Shown piece after piece: positions 26,728 to 38,390 of a DNA stretch of 64,000 nt (position 1 is the stretch's first letter; each line of letters opens with the position of its first letter). The position numbers and the translations under genes were made by a program. Location of the stretch: the NCBI GenBank assembly GCA_963780165.1, contig CAWABB010000001.1, positions 1,816,556 through 1,880,555 on the forward strand, given 5' to 3'. This DNA is from an uncultured Ignavibacteria bacterium. Its GTDB lineage: Bacteria; Bacteroidota; Ignavibacteria; UBA10030; UBA6906. Under the pieces are notes generated by a model. It made no database searches. It was not told where the DNA came from and saw only the letters and a program-made list of their open reading frames with translations.

Positions 26728-29328
26728 ATGGAATCACGCCATACGTTCGCCCTTCTGTTCTTGCTCGTCCTCCCATTGGCCGCAGCCACCGCTCAGGAGG
26801 TGGATGATTATCGGATACTCAATATCACCCAGACTACCTCCTCCCCGACACAGCTGGCTATTGACCGGGGTCGACTCATCTGGCGCGACACCGACCCGAA
26901 CTCGGGCAAGTACTTTCTCAAGTACTCTTCGGGTGCTGATGTTATGGTGCTCGATTCCAACCTCCACGCAGTGTCTGCGGCCATAAGCGGCGACCACGTA
27001 GTGTGGACCACTCACCTGGAGAACGTGAAGGCATTTGACATTCGCTCGTGGACAACCGTTCCGATCGGTGTGTCGTACAACCCCGATTTCAGGCAGCCTG
27101 TCTGCGCGTCAGGAGACTTCGCCGCGTACGCAACGCGGAAACCGGGGACCGGTACGAATATCCTCCTGCACTGCTTCTCTTCAGGAGTCGACACGTCACT
27201 GAGCGCAGGGGTGTGGAATACTGCCCCGAGCGTCCACCACGGACAAGTTGCCTGGGTTGCCTCTGACGCAGAATTCGAGCTGGCTTCGTCGAGCATCGTC
27301 TTCTTCGATGGCCAGCGAACACGGACTATCTCCGGAACGACGGGTCTCCAACCTCGGGCCCCGATAATGAGAGACGCACAGGTCGTATGGGTGGAATCGG
27401 GCCCTCCCTCATGGCGTGTGCGGCTCTTTACGGAGGATTCCGTCATTACCCTCCTTGAACAAGGAGTCGGATCCGACGTGTGCACGGGGTACGACGCCAG
27501 CAATGGTATCGGCGTGGCGGCACTGCGAGACACGATCACGAGCCGCGGAAGGATCGAAATCTTCTCCGCCGAGACGGGAACCAGACAGACGATTCCCGAT
27601 TCCAACGGAGTCTGGAGCGTACACATCGATAACGGATTAATCGTCTGGCAATCGGGGAGCGGGCCGCGCAAGCGGTTGAGGACCCATGCATACCCCGGCG
27701 GACTCTTCGAGGAGATCGGTCTCGCCGAGAATCCGGTCGTGGATGATGGTCGGATTGCCTGGACCCTGGGCGATGCCGTCAGCCTGTATGTGCCGGTCAC
27801 CTACACGCGCATGACCTCGGACGGTGTGAACGGGTGGGAGCAGACGAAGTTCAAGACGATCGATAGCAGCGCGATCGTTTGGGGGAACGCGGCCGGCAAC
27901 ACGACTTCCTATCGGCTGTTCTACGACAACGCGGGCACTACCACACAACTGACCGACTCCTTGCTGCCGCGCGATCTGCTCATGCTGAATGACGGCTATC
28001 TCGTCTGGCGATCGAACTTCGACTCTCTCCATTATTACGATGGTGTTCACGCGCCCGTGAAGTTCCTGGACACCATTCAGGCTGAAAATCTGTACGTGGC
28101 CGGGGGTTCGATCGGATTCTTCGGCCCCAGAACAACGAACGGAGAGAGTATCAAGCGAGGCTGGCTCTATCGGATTGCCTCAGGGAGCCTGATCCAGTTG
28201 ACTTCCGGTGACGCTGAATCCGGCAATGTGCTCTGCTATGGGGCGACGGCGTGCTGGCGTGATCTGAACACAGAACGTATGATGTTCCACGACGGAGCCA
28301 CTACCGCCACGATCAGCGATTCATCAGTCACTGAACACTACAGCTACAGGAACGGCGTGATCGTGTGGTCGGAGCGCCGAAATGGAATTCAGCAGATCAT
28401 GATGTACGATATCGCAGCCGCGGCAAAGACCCAGGTCACCAACTCTAGTGCGTCGATGCTCTATCCGATCACCGATGGGTCTCATATCGTCTGGTACGAG
28501 AATGCAGAGTACCCGTTCCCCGCCGTGAATCCAGTGATGTGGTACTATGACGTTGCCACGAGTGAATCGCGACGAGTTGCGCGCACATCATACAACCAAC
28601 TGATGTGGAACTGGATGACAGACGGTACCATCGCATGGACCCAGGACAAGAATGTTCTCGTGTGCGACGGGAGGGTCGTCACGCAGCTGACAAGCGATGA
28701 TTTTTACGAGAACGCTCCGGTCTATCTGGACCGTGGATTGTATGTGTGGCGGCGCGCAGGCGATATCTTTCGCGGGAAGCTTCGCGCCCACGCCGCATTC
28801 GATGCAGCAAATATTGCCGGCGACGTCCCGCTCACTGTAGCGTTCACCAATCGATCCTGGGAGGGATGCCGGAGCTATCTCTGGAAGTTTGGGGATGGCA
28901 CCTCGAGTACAGCAATAGATCCGGTTCACACCTATGTCGCTCCCGGGAGCTTCACGGTGACGTTGACGGTCACAGGCCCAACGGGAACGGCGAGTGAGAA
29001 GAAGGTACAGTTGGTGAGAGCATTATCCTCCACGGCCATTGCGGCAGACGATTTGCAGCATCCAGAACGCACGGAGCTCTTGCCGAATTACCCGAACCCA
29101 TTTAATCCGACCACGGAGATTTCCTATCAGATTGCGGATGCGGCAATCGTGACGCTCAAGATCTACGACGTCCTCGGGAGAGAGGTGGCGACGCTTGTGA
29201 ACGAGGCACAATCCCCGGGAACTCACCGTGCGCCATGGGACGGATCGCAGCACGCGAGCGGAATCTACTACTACACCATGAAGGCAAATGCATTTCTCGC
29301 CACGCGCGCGATGATTCTCATGAAGTGA
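26728..29328 (+). CDS. T9SS-secreted protein with W-rich repeats, a PKD domain and a Por C-terminal sorting domain.
   Basis: Signal peptide. Repeated ...G.[IV]VW... units. PKD domain (WKFGDGTSS...HTY..PGSFTVTLTVTG). C-terminal LPNYPNPFNPTTEISYQI...VYDVLGREVATLV CTD. GAGGA ribosome-binding site before the ATG at 26728. Confidence 0.8.
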   Translation: MESRHTFALLFLLVLPLAAATAQEVDDYRILNITQTTSSPTQLAIDRGRLIWRDTDPNSGKYFLKYSSGADVMVLDSNLHAVSAAISGDHVVWTTHLENVKAFDIRSWTTVPIGVSYNPDFRQPVCASGDFAAYATRKPGTGTNILLHCFSSGVDTSLSAGVWNTAPSVHHGQVAWVASDAEFELASSSIVFFDGQRTRTISGTTGLQPRAPIMRDAQVVWVESGPPSWRVRLFTEDSVITLLEQGVGSDVCTGYDASNGIGVAALRDTITSRGRIEIFSAETGTRQTIPDSNGVWSVHIDNGLIVWQSGSGPRKRLRTHAYPGGLFEEIGLAENPVVDDGRIAWTLGDAVSLYVPVTYTRMTSDGVNGWEQTKFKTIDSSAIVWGNAAGNTTSYRLFYDNAGTTTQLTDSLLPRDLLMLNDGYLVWRSNFDSLHYYDGVHAPVKFLDTIQAENLYVAGGSIGFFGPRTTNGESIKRGWLYRIASGSLIQLTSGDAESGNVLCYGATACWRDLNTERMMFHDGATTATISDSSVTEHYSYRNGVIVWSERRNGIQQIMMYDIAAAAKTQVTNSSASMLYPITDGSHIVWYENAEYPFPAVNPVMWYYDVATSESRRVARTSYNQLMWNWMTDGTIAWTQDKNVLVCDGRVVTQLTSDDFYENAPVYLDRGLYVWRRAGDIFRGKLRAHAAFDAANIAGDVPLTVAFTNRSWEGCRSYLWKFGDGTSSTAIDPVHTYVAPGSFTVTLTVTGPTGTASEKKVQLVRALSSTAIAADDLQHPERTELLPNYPNPFNPTTEISYQIADAAIVTLKIYDVLGREVATLVNEAQSPGTHRAPWDGSQHASGIYYYTMKANAFLATRAMILMK

Positions 29329-29340
29329 CCGGAGGTGGGT

Positions 29341-32175
29341 ATGAGGAACGTGAAACGCGTGGTGTTGACTGCCAGTCTGCTCATTTCGGGTCTCGCCATG
29401 TCCACGGCCCAGACTGCGTACGAGGCGTGGGTCCGGCAGTATCCCGATGTCGACACCAGCGATCACTCGGTGGAGGATATGGTTGTGGACAGCGTCGGCA
29501 ATGTGTATGTGACGGGTTACGGTCGCCTGCCCGGGGAATCAGACTACGGGCTTCTCACCAAGAAGATCAATCCCTACGGCCTCACGGTCTGGGAGGCGCG
29601 CTATGCGACCCACTTCAGGGGATACCCCGGCACTACTGATACGGGGCCCGTCATCCGCACCGATGGCATGGGGAATGTCTATGTAGGGGGTACTGGCTTT
29701 GGAGCGACGACATTTGAAGATTTTGTGACGATCAAATACAATTCGCGAGGCGAACAACAATGGGTCGCCAGGTACAACGGACCGGGTGACACGAGCGACG
29801 TTCTCATGGGGCTGGTTCTTGGTCCCTCAGGGGAGGTGGTAGTGTTCGGATGGACACAAGACGAGCAGAGGGAGTTGATGGGCGCAGTGGTCAAATACGC
29901 TTCCAACGGTGTTCAGGAATGGAGCGCTGTCGATACAATCTTCGCTCCAGGCGCGGGGGCGATCGACCGGCTCGGGAATATCTACATCAGCGCGCCATTC
30001 GGCCGGGTCAAGAATCTCAAGTACTCTTCGGATGGTACACTTCAATGGAAACGGTCCTTCAACGTCTCCGGGACCGCCTTCCCACCGTCATCTCTGGCCG
30101 TTGACGAAACGGGGAGCGTCTATGTCGCGGGGTGGTCCGAGAATATTCAGACTGGTGACGACTATACATGGTCGATCAAGTACAATAGTGCCGGTGTGCA
30201 ACAATGGAGTAAGGATGATCCATTTGACGGCGGGAGTGTCCACATTGTTCTTGATTCTACCCTTGTGTATCTGAGCGCGGGGTGGTCCCTCAAGTGCCTC
30301 ACCAGAAATGGCGGCACGGTGTGGTCTGTGGCGTGCTATCCTGACAGCATCTGGAACATCCTTGCCCTCACGATGACCAAGTCCCGGGATATCGTGGTTG
30401 CAGATGTTGCCACCCCCGGGGGTCTTATTCCGACGGCATCGTACTCCCGGTTCGGTGCAAAGCAATGGGCACGCAGGACGGTCATCCCGGATCCGGCGTA
30501 CAGGTATGGTCAGACCGTATGCGCCTTCGATGAATCCGGGTACGCGTACCTGTCGTTTAACAATCGATACACAGACTTGCCTCCGTTCATCGCAAAGATC
30601 GATAGTCTCGGGCGCCATGTATGGTCGGAACCGACCTCCATTCCGGGGCTTTCGTTTCCGATGGCGTCCGCTTCCGATGCCAACGGAAATCTGTTTGTGG
30701 CCGGGTACACCTACAACCCGGAGACGCTGACCGACTGGGTCACCCTCAAATACGACTCAGCCGGCATGCCGGTCTGGGCGGCACGTTACAATGGACCGTC
30801 GGACTTGAGGGACAATCCCCGGGCTATGGCTGTTGATGCATCGGGAAATGTCTACGTCACAGGTCCGATGGAGGTGGACAGTGCGGACTTCGACTATGTG
30901 ACCATCAAATACAGTCCGTCAGGAGAACGGCAATGGGTGGCCCGATATGGTGAACCCTTCCCGTGGCGCGACATCCCCCGTGCGATGGCCGTCGATTCGT
31001 TCGGATATGTCTACGTCACAGGTGAAAGCTATGAAGTGACGGAACGAGACTTCGTTACCGTCAAGTACACACCGCTTGGGTTGCAGCAGTGGGCAGCTCG
31101 ATTCAGTGCTTCTAGCGGAGGGTCTGACATCCCGGTGACGATCGCAGTGGACGCCGCCCGAAACGTCTATGTGACTGGTACCAGCGATAGCACCGGGACC
31201 GGCCAGGATCTTGCCACGGTCAAGTACGATCAGTTCGGCCAGTTCCAATGGGCACGACGCTACAACGGTCCAGCGAACCGCAACGACAAACCTTCGTCGC
31301 TTCACATGGACCCATCGGGAAACATTCTGGTGAGTGGGGTGAGCGAGGGCGTCGCAACCCAACAAGATATTGTCACCATCAAGTACACTCCCCAGGGCCT
31401 TCAACAGTGGGCTGTCCGATATGACGATAGCGTTCACTCGTTCGATATCGGGACCGCCATGGGCATCGATCCCGAGGGGAATGTATATGTAACGGGTTCC
31501 TCAACGGGAGGGGGAAACGCAGAAGACTATCTCACCATAAAATATGACACGAATGGCAATACGATGTGGGAGGTGACGTACGACGGGGATGCACATGGGA
31601 GAGATGTTCCAACTCTCCTCGCGGTGGATGATGAAGGGAGCGCGTATGTCACAGGCCAGAGTTACAACCCCGTGGGGGGGAACGAGATCGTCACGGTGAA
31701 ATACAGCAGTGATGGGAGTGAGATCTGGCGAATGCGGAGATCGGCTAATCCCACATCCTACCAGAACACGGTTGGATTGGGGCTTGACCAGGGCTCGGGT
31801 GTCTATGTGACGTTGGTACGATCCAACACCGACGCGGGGTCTTCCTGGACCGCGATTAAGTATGGCCAGACTCCCATCGTGGGCGTCAGCCAGGAGGGGC
31901 CTTCACGATCACGGTCATTTGAGCTCGATCAGAACTATCCAAATCCATTCAATCCAAGCACGACGATAGAGTACACCCTGCCACACTCCGGCTTTGTCAC
32001 GCTCAAAGTGTACAACACTCTGGGCCAAGAGCTTGCCACGCTTGTATCAGGGGAAAAGGTGGCAGGCAAGGCTAGCGCCACGTGGAGTGCGAGTGGGTTT
32101 CCGAGCGGCGTGTACTTCTATCGCGTGACCGCAGGCGAGTATGTGGAAACGAAGAAGATGCTTCTGATGAAGTAG
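29341..32175 (+). CDS. T9SS-secreted SBBP beta-propeller-repeat protein.
   Basis: Signal peptide. About 12 repeats of D.[SA]GN[VI]YVTG...D[YF]VT[IV]KY...G...W...Y (SBBP repeat). C-terminal NYPNPFNPSTTIEYTLP...KVYNTLGQELATLV CTD. Confidence 0.85.
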   Translation: MRNVKRVVLTASLLISGLAMSTAQTAYEAWVRQYPDVDTSDHSVEDMVVDSVGNVYVTGYGRLPGESDYGLLTKKINPYGLTVWEARYATHFRGYPGTTDTGPVIRTDGMGNVYVGGTGFGATTFEDFVTIKYNSRGEQQWVARYNGPGDTSDVLMGLVLGPSGEVVVFGWTQDEQRELMGAVVKYASNGVQEWSAVDTIFAPGAGAIDRLGNIYISAPFGRVKNLKYSSDGTLQWKRSFNVSGTAFPPSSLAVDETGSVYVAGWSENIQTGDDYTWSIKYNSAGVQQWSKDDPFDGGSVHIVLDSTLVYLSAGWSLKCLTRNGGTVWSVACYPDSIWNILALTMTKSRDIVVADVATPGGLIPTASYSRFGAKQWARRTVIPDPAYRYGQTVCAFDESGYAYLSFNNRYTDLPPFIAKIDSLGRHVWSEPTSIPGLSFPMASASDANGNLFVAGYTYNPETLTDWVTLKYDSAGMPVWAARYNGPSDLRDNPRAMAVDASGNVYVTGPMEVDSADFDYVTIKYSPSGERQWVARYGEPFPWRDIPRAMAVDSFGYVYVTGESYEVTERDFVTVKYTPLGLQQWAARFSASSGGSDIPVTIAVDAARNVYVTGTSDSTGTGQDLATVKYDQFGQFQWARRYNGPANRNDKPSSLHMDPSGNILVSGVSEGVATQQDIVTIKYTPQGLQQWAVRYDDSVHSFDIGTAMGIDPEGNVYVTGSSTGGGNAEDYLTIKYDTNGNTMWEVTYDGDAHGRDVPTLLAVDDEGSAYVTGQSYNPVGGNEIVTVKYSSDGSEIWRMRRSANPTSYQNTVGLGLDQGSGVYVTLVRSNTDAGSSWTAIKYGQTPIVGVSQEGPSRSRSFELDQNYPNPFNPSTTIEYTLPHSGFVTLKVYNTLGQELATLVSGEKVAGKASATWSASGFPSGVYFYRVTAGEYVETKKMLLMK

Positions 32176-32547
32176 TCAGCACCCATCCGGACAAAACACT
32201 GGACACCGATCGCTCCCGTACCCAAAGGTGCAATTGTGTTTTGGTGCAGGAGGGTGTGCTATGTCCCGCTACCACGCATACCCGATATCAAACCTGAGCG
32301 CGGGCGCCCATCCGTCGAACTTCCCGATGCCATCCGTCGGTTTCATTCTTGTTCTCTCCCTGCATCTAGCTCCCGTACGTTGAGAGGGCCCGCGTGTTGG
32401 AGGGACGCCGGCCTTCAGACTCCTTAATACACATACGAAATGCCAGACCTGGCTTCCCGCGGAGGGATTCTGAGATCCTCCCTGACGTTGACTATCAGGC
32501 ATGCCGGATGTAGATTGGCCCACAGCTCACAAGCCACCATTCCACAC

Positions 32548-35458
32548 ATGCCCATCCGCCTCCTCAAAATCGTCATCCTGGTCGCTCTGGCGTCTTCTGA
32601 GGCGTTCCCCCAGTCTTTTCCCTTCACGACCTACACGACCACGGACGGTCTCGCCCAATCTGCCGTCTCCTGCTTCTTTCAGGATTCCCGGGGTCACATG
32701 TGGTTCGGGACGTGGGGCGGAATTAGCCGGTACGATGGACGAACGTTCTGGAGCTACAGGAACAGCGCATTCCACGTCACGAGCATCTGCGAGGACGACA
32801 GGGATACGCTCTGGATCGGGACGACGACGGGATTGGCCCTGCTCGCATTCGGCGACTCCACAGTCCACTGGATGAAAACCTGGGACGGCTCATTGCCTTC
32901 TGATTACATCCTGACACTTCTCAAGGATGATGACGGGAATATGTGGGTCGGCACCGACAGGGGCCTCGTCGTCTTCACGCCCTCAGGCAGAAGAGTTTCG
33001 TTCGGCACAAAGCAGGGACTTCAGGACGAGTATATTCCCGTCCTGCGAAAAGACAGCACGGGCGCCATTCTCATCGGGTCCGCCGGAGGCATCCTGCAAT
33101 GTTCATTGAAGAACGACGAACTCGTTGACGTGCGAGAGATCCTCACAGGGAACCCCCGCTGCCCAGATGATCGAACTGCGCAACGGAGACATTCTTGCGG
33201 GATCGGCTCGAGATCGAACCGTCATCCGATACCATGACGGTGTATGGACGTCGGTATTCACCTGTGAACCCCTCGGCCCATCGGTGCAGGTGAGAAGCCT
33301 CGGCGAAGATGAACAGGGAAATCTCTGGATTGGAACAACGGATGGTCTGGTGGTGGTCGAAGCAGGGCATGCGGTCCGCCTTCCCAGGGATCAACGACTG
33401 CCCAACCAGTACATCGGCGCGATCTTCAGAGACCGGGAAGATCTCTTGTGGTTCGGGACCGAGGGCGGAGCGTTCAAGCTCGTGAGCACGCCGTTTCGCA
33501 GCTACAACTATTCCACAGGCTTGCGCAGTGACCACGTCATAGGGATCTTCCTGGACGGAGAGAGAAACTGCTGGCTGGGCACCTATAACGGGGCGGCGGT
33601 GTTCGAGCCCGGAGGGCGGACCACATCCTTCGGACTCAACGACGGATTGCCGCATCTCGCCGTGCACTCATTCGCTCAGGGTCTGCACGGGAGCGTCTGG
33701 ATCGGGACGTGGAACGGGCTTGTTGTCCATGAGAGGGGGAAGCTGAAGCCCGGTTCGATCGGTGCACTCCGCGACGTGCCGGTGATCCGACTTCTTCCCG
33801 ATCGGCAGGGGACTCTGTGGGGTGCCAGTCGCCGGAAGATCGTGAACCTCACCCCGGCAGGAAAGGTCTTGTTGACGCTCGATGCAGACGAGGGAATCCC
33901 GGATGCGGATGTCTCTGCGGTTTTCATCGATGCGGATAACACTCTCTGGTTCGGGACAGATTCACGGGGCGGCGGATTCTACCGAGACGGCAAGATCGTC
34001 CTCCTCGGAGAGCCGGAAGGGCTTCCTCACCAGTGGGTCATGTCGATAAGCCAGGACAGGCATGGCACGATCTGGTTTGCCACGCAGCGTGGGGCCGTCT
34101 TCTGGAGCGGGCATCGGTTCGAGCCGATGAAGACAATGGAGGAGGATCTTCGCAACGGCATCGTCACGTTCGTGGTGCGGGACAGCCTCCGGAATATGTG
34201 GTTCGGCACACAGCGTGGGATCTATGAATGGGATGATTCCGTGCTCGCACACCTCGGGACCGACGACGGCCTCGTGGCGGACCCAACGAGATGCGGGTAT
34301 GTTGACACCGAAGGGAACCTCTGGATCGGGACCGTCGGCGGCGTATCACGCCTTGAAATGAGGACCTTTCGGAAGAAGCAGGATCCTCCCCCCGTCTACA
34401 TCGAGGGCCTGGCTCCGGACGGGCAACCGCACCCGAGCCTTCGAACATCCTTCTCCTACAGCGAAAATACTCTGACGGCGCACTTCAACTCGCTGAGCTT
34501 CCGGGACGAACGGCGTACCGTGTTCCAGTGGATGCTGGGGGGCTTTGATGAAACCTGGCAGGCGCCGCACACGGATCGGTATGTCCGCTACACCCACTTA
34601 CCGTGGGGAACGTATGAGCTCCTCGTTCGCGCGCGCAACGGGCGCACGCCCTGGTCAGACCCCGCGCGCCTGACGTTTGTCATTCACCCGCCGTTCTGGG
34701 GTACCTGGTGGTTCGTGGCACTTTCTGTCGTGGCCGTCGCCGGAGTGCTACTGTCGATCCATTCGCGCCGCGTCAAGAGTCTTGAGAAAGAGGCGCTCGC
34801 AGAGCAGACATTTTCGCGCAGGCTCCTGGACCTGCAGGAACACGAGCGCAAACGGCTCGCCGGCGAGCTTCACGACAGTCTCGTGCAAAACCTCATTGTC
34901 GCCAAGAACTGGTCGTTGCTGAGCATCAAGAACGCCGGCGACCCCGGACGAGTTGTCAAGGAACTCACCAACATTTCCGATGCGCTCACCGGAGCAATCC
35001 ATGAAGTCAGAGAGATCGCGCACAACCTCAGGCCGTATCAGCTGGACAGGCTGGGCCTGACACAGGCTCTTCGTTCGCTGGCGGCGGACACGAGCGCATC
35101 CTCCACGACCGCGTTCACCGCTGACATCGATCACATCGACTCGCTGCTAACGCCGGACTCGAGCACGCTCGTCTACCGCATCGTGCAGGAATCCGTCAAT
35201 AATATCCTTACGCACTCGGCCGCGTCGGAGGCGTTTATGACCGTGAAGCGAACCTCTTGGGGGATTGACATCACCGTCCGTGACGATGGTCGTGGATTCC
35301 CCACGGGTCAGTCAACGCCACCGCAGACCTACGGCTTCGGCCTCAGCGGAATCGATCAGCGCGTCCGCATGTTGAGCGGGACATGGACGATCGACTCGAC
35401 GATCGGCACCGGCACGACCATCCATGTCAGCATCCCTGTCCGGACGGCAAAGCCATGA
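32548..35458 (+). pseudogene. Hybrid-type sensor kinase (Reg_prop beta-propeller repeats + Y_Y_Y + TM + HisKA_3 + HATPase), interrupted by a frameshift at a C5 run (33152-33156).
   Basis: Two overlapping track ORFs (32440..33237 and 33125..35458) belong to one architecture. Removing one C from AACCCCCGCT restores a continuous reading frame (...EILTGNPAAQMIELRNGDILAGS...). The NarL-type kinase core is LHDSLVQNL...HATPase. This may be a sequencing artefact. Confidence 0.7.
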
Positions 35459-36108
35459 CCTCTCCCATCACGGTGGTTATCGCGGATGATCACCCCGTCT
35501 TTCGCAGGGGGCTCCGCCAGTCCATCGAGGAAAATGCCTCGTTTTCGATCGTGGGTGAAGCCAGCACCGGAGCGGAAGCCCTCAGGCTGGTCGAAGAACA
35601 TATGCCGGATATCGCCGTACTGGATATCGATATGCCTGAGCTGCGAGGACTACAGGTAGCCAGGGCAATTCAGGACAAGGAGCTGTTCGTCGGGGTCATT
35701 ATCCTCACCATTTACAGGGAAGAGGATATGTTCAATGAAGCGATGGATTCGGGTGTGCGCGGGTACGTGATGAAGGAGACTGCTGTGATCGATCTGCTGG
35801 AGGCGATGAAGGCTGTGGCGATGGGAGAGTACTTCTTCAGCCCCTCGCTGGCCGGCCACCTGGTAGGCAGGAGCCAGCGGGTCCGGCACCTCCTTGCGCA
35901 GAAGCCGAGTCTCGCCGACCTGACCCCGGCGGAGCGACGCATCCTGAAACTTATCGCGCTCAACAAGACGAGCAAAAACATTGCCGACGATCTCGGCATC
36001 AGCTACCGCACCGTTGAAACCCACCGCACGAATATTGCCACGAAACTCAACATTCACGGCAGCCACAGTCTGCTGAAATTCGCTCTCGAGAACAAGTCCT
36101 CCCTGTAG
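35455..36108 (+). CDS. NarL/LuxR-family response regulator.
   Basis: REC domain (VVIADDHPVFRRGL...LDIDMP) plus a LuxR HTH (LTPAERRILKLIALNKTSKNIADDLGISYRTVETHR). ATGA overlap with the kinase stop. Confidence 0.9.
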   Translation: MTSPITVVIADDHPVFRRGLRQSIEENASFSIVGEASTGAEALRLVEEHMPDIAVLDIDMPELRGLQVARAIQDKELFVGVIILTIYREEDMFNEAMDSGVRGYVMKETAVIDLLEAMKAVAMGEYFFSPSLAGHLVGRSQRVRHLLAQKPSLADLTPAERRILKLIALNKTSKNIADDLGISYRTVETHRTNIATKLNIHGSHSLLKFALENKSSL

Positions 36109-36356
36109 TCCCTGCAGTCTCTCGCGGGTTTCCACGCCATACGAGCATAGCGCAATCATGAGCGCAGTCTATACTACGTGTATCCCCGTAGCCCAAGTTA
36201 CGTGTCCGGCTCTATTCCCCCCACCCGCCAGTCTTCATATACTTGGGCCACGCCGTCATGTCGCACGAACCGCCAGGCACCCTCGATCTCGCTGAATTCC
36301 ACAGATGCAATCATTCGGTGCCGGGACAACGGGTCCATCGGGTTCGGATCGTTCTG

Positions 36357-38390
36357 ATGGCGCTCTTGCTCGTCGAGCCGGTGACCATGGCAGCCCAAGA
36401 AGTCTCGGCGGTCATGCATGGGGGCGGGGATTGGATATCGAGATTTGCACCGGTGCAGTTCACCCTGGAGGGAACCGTTCCCGCAGGCGGTCATCTCGGG
36501 CTCGTCATAGGACATACGGATGTGACCAACCTGTGCGCCATCCGAGAGGATACGTTGAGCTACACGCCCGGGGAGATTCCCCTGCCGGCTGGCGTGGTTG
36601 AAGTCTCACTCTATCTTGTCAGCGGCGATGGACCGTGGACTCTCGTTGGCACCTATTCGCTGAACGTCCTTGCCTCCACGGGGTTGGAAAAGGTCCTCGT
36701 CTCGCCATCGATCACTCTCTCCAGCCGGGGCCAGCTTGCGGCGGGCCAGTTCCCCGAAAGCACGGCGCCCGATCAGGGCAGGTTCCAGGAACTCAACGGG
36801 CAACTGGCGGTGAAGGCGGAAGCCGAACGGAGCGGCGTCGGTGTGGGCCTCGGCGTCAATATCGTTGGCGTATCCTTCAGGCAGGAAGCCCTCCGCTTCG
36901 CCGAACTGGGAGATGCCGCCCCCAAGATTGACCTTGCCACGTATCTGGTCGAAACTCGCACAGGCCGGACGGCAGTATCCGTAGGTCATATCAGTCACGG
37001 CAGGTCCCGACATCTTCTCAACGGTTTTTCGAGCCGGGGCATTTCAGCAAGCACTGCCATTGGGTCCTTCGTCGACCTTTCGGGAAGCATTCTGAACGGG
37101 ACGAGCATCGTAGGTTGGGACAATCCGTTCGGACTGAATAACTCATCGCACCGGGTGGTGAGCGGCACGCTGGGAGTGGAAATTCTCCCGGAAGACCCGG
37201 GCACGATTCGCGTCGAGGGATCCTATGTGTACGGGTCGCAGTTGCCATTGACCAACTTCAACCAGGGTCGGGTCAATGACGCCGAGGAGAGCAACGGTGG
37301 AACCGCGCGGCTCCTCCTTTCCGATGCGGGGAAACGCCTCTCCCTGGATGCGGGCTTCACAGTGGCGCGGTTCACCAACCCGCCCGACCCCCTCCTCTCG
37401 CAGGGGGTTGACATCGTTCCTGTCGAACCGACGACGCGTCAGGCACAGTATGTCGATGCCACATGGGAGGTCGTCCGGGATGCGACGCTGTTGGAGAACC
37501 TGCCTGCCCGGTTGAACGTCGCATTTCGTCACGAGCGCGTCGATCCGCTCTACCGGGCTGTCGGCTCAAGCACACAAGCAGATATTCTCCAGAACGCCTA
37601 TGAACTCCACGGCGGCGTCGGCCCCCTCCAGATGGATTTCATGCACCGGAGGGCGGAAGACAATCTCGCGGACATCGCATCCGTGTTGAAGAGCAAGACC
37701 CGGCAGACGACAGTCCACATCGCATTATCCCCCCTCGCGTCGGCGGAGTTGCTGCCACCCTGGCTGCCGGCATTTTCTTACGGTCTGCTGAGCACGCATC
37801 AGTTCGGTGTCAGCACGCCGACCAACAGCGAGTTCACCCCCGCACGCGTGCCCGACCAGTTGACCACCACACACTCGGCCGGCATCGAGTGGCAGGGAGG
37901 CGGTCTGCGGGTGGGATACCGCGGCACATTCACGATGCAGGACAACCGACAGCCCGGAAGGGAAAACACCGATATCGTTGGCCATACGAACGGGCTCAGC
38001 CTCTCCTTTTCTCCGGTCGCAGAGGTTTCAACAAGTCTCGACGGATCGCTCGAGTCCATCGAGAACACCGGGACCGGCATGATCCTTCGCACCGATCGGG
38101 CCGGATTCAATGTCCTGGCGGGCTTGTTCACGGGCGCGACCGCCTCGCTCAACGCGTCGCTCTCGGTGACAGAACCCGATGACGGCACAAGCGAACAGCG
38201 CCAGGCGTCGTTCACCCTTGAGACGTCGTACGCCTTCGATCTCTCTTCATTGTTCGTCTTCAGCTGGCGAGGTCAGATGTTCGTGCGGTACTCGTGGAGT
38301 GAGACCACGTCGCGGGACAATGTGTTCAATCTGGACTCGCAGACGCGGGCCTGGGTCGTGAACACAGGTTTGTCGATCAATCTGTTCTGA
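36357..38390 (+). CDS. Large outer-membrane beta-barrel protein, uncharacterized.
   Basis: Signal peptide, about 680 aa rich in alternating beta-strand patterns, and a C-terminal ...GLSINLF (terminal Phe, an OMP signature). The start is uncertain (36333-36357). Confidence 0.55.
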   Translation: MALLLVEPVTMAAQEVSAVMHGGGDWISRFAPVQFTLEGTVPAGGHLGLVIGHTDVTNLCAIREDTLSYTPGEIPLPAGVVEVSLYLVSGDGPWTLVGTYSLNVLASTGLEKVLVSPSITLSSRGQLAAGQFPESTAPDQGRFQELNGQLAVKAEAERSGVGVGLGVNIVGVSFRQEALRFAELGDAAPKIDLATYLVETRTGRTAVSVGHISHGRSRHLLNGFSSRGISASTAIGSFVDLSGSILNGTSIVGWDNPFGLNNSSHRVVSGTLGVEILPEDPGTIRVEGSYVYGSQLPLTNFNQGRVNDAEESNGGTARLLLSDAGKRLSLDAGFTVARFTNPPDPLLSQGVDIVPVEPTTRQAQYVDATWEVVRDATLLENLPARLNVAFRHERVDPLYRAVGSSTQADILQNAYELHGGVGPLQMDFMHRRAEDNLADIASVLKSKTRQTTVHIALSPLASAELLPPWLPAFSYGLLSTHQFGVSTPTNSEFTPARVPDQLTTTHSAGIEWQGGGLRVGYRGTFTMQDNRQPGRENTDIVGHTNGLSLSFSPVAEVSTSLDGSLESIENTGTGMILRTDRAGFNVLAGLFTGATASLNASLSVTEPDDGTSEQRQASFTLETSYAFDLSSLFVFSWRGQMFVRYSWSETTSRDNVFNLDSQTRAWVVNTGLSINLF

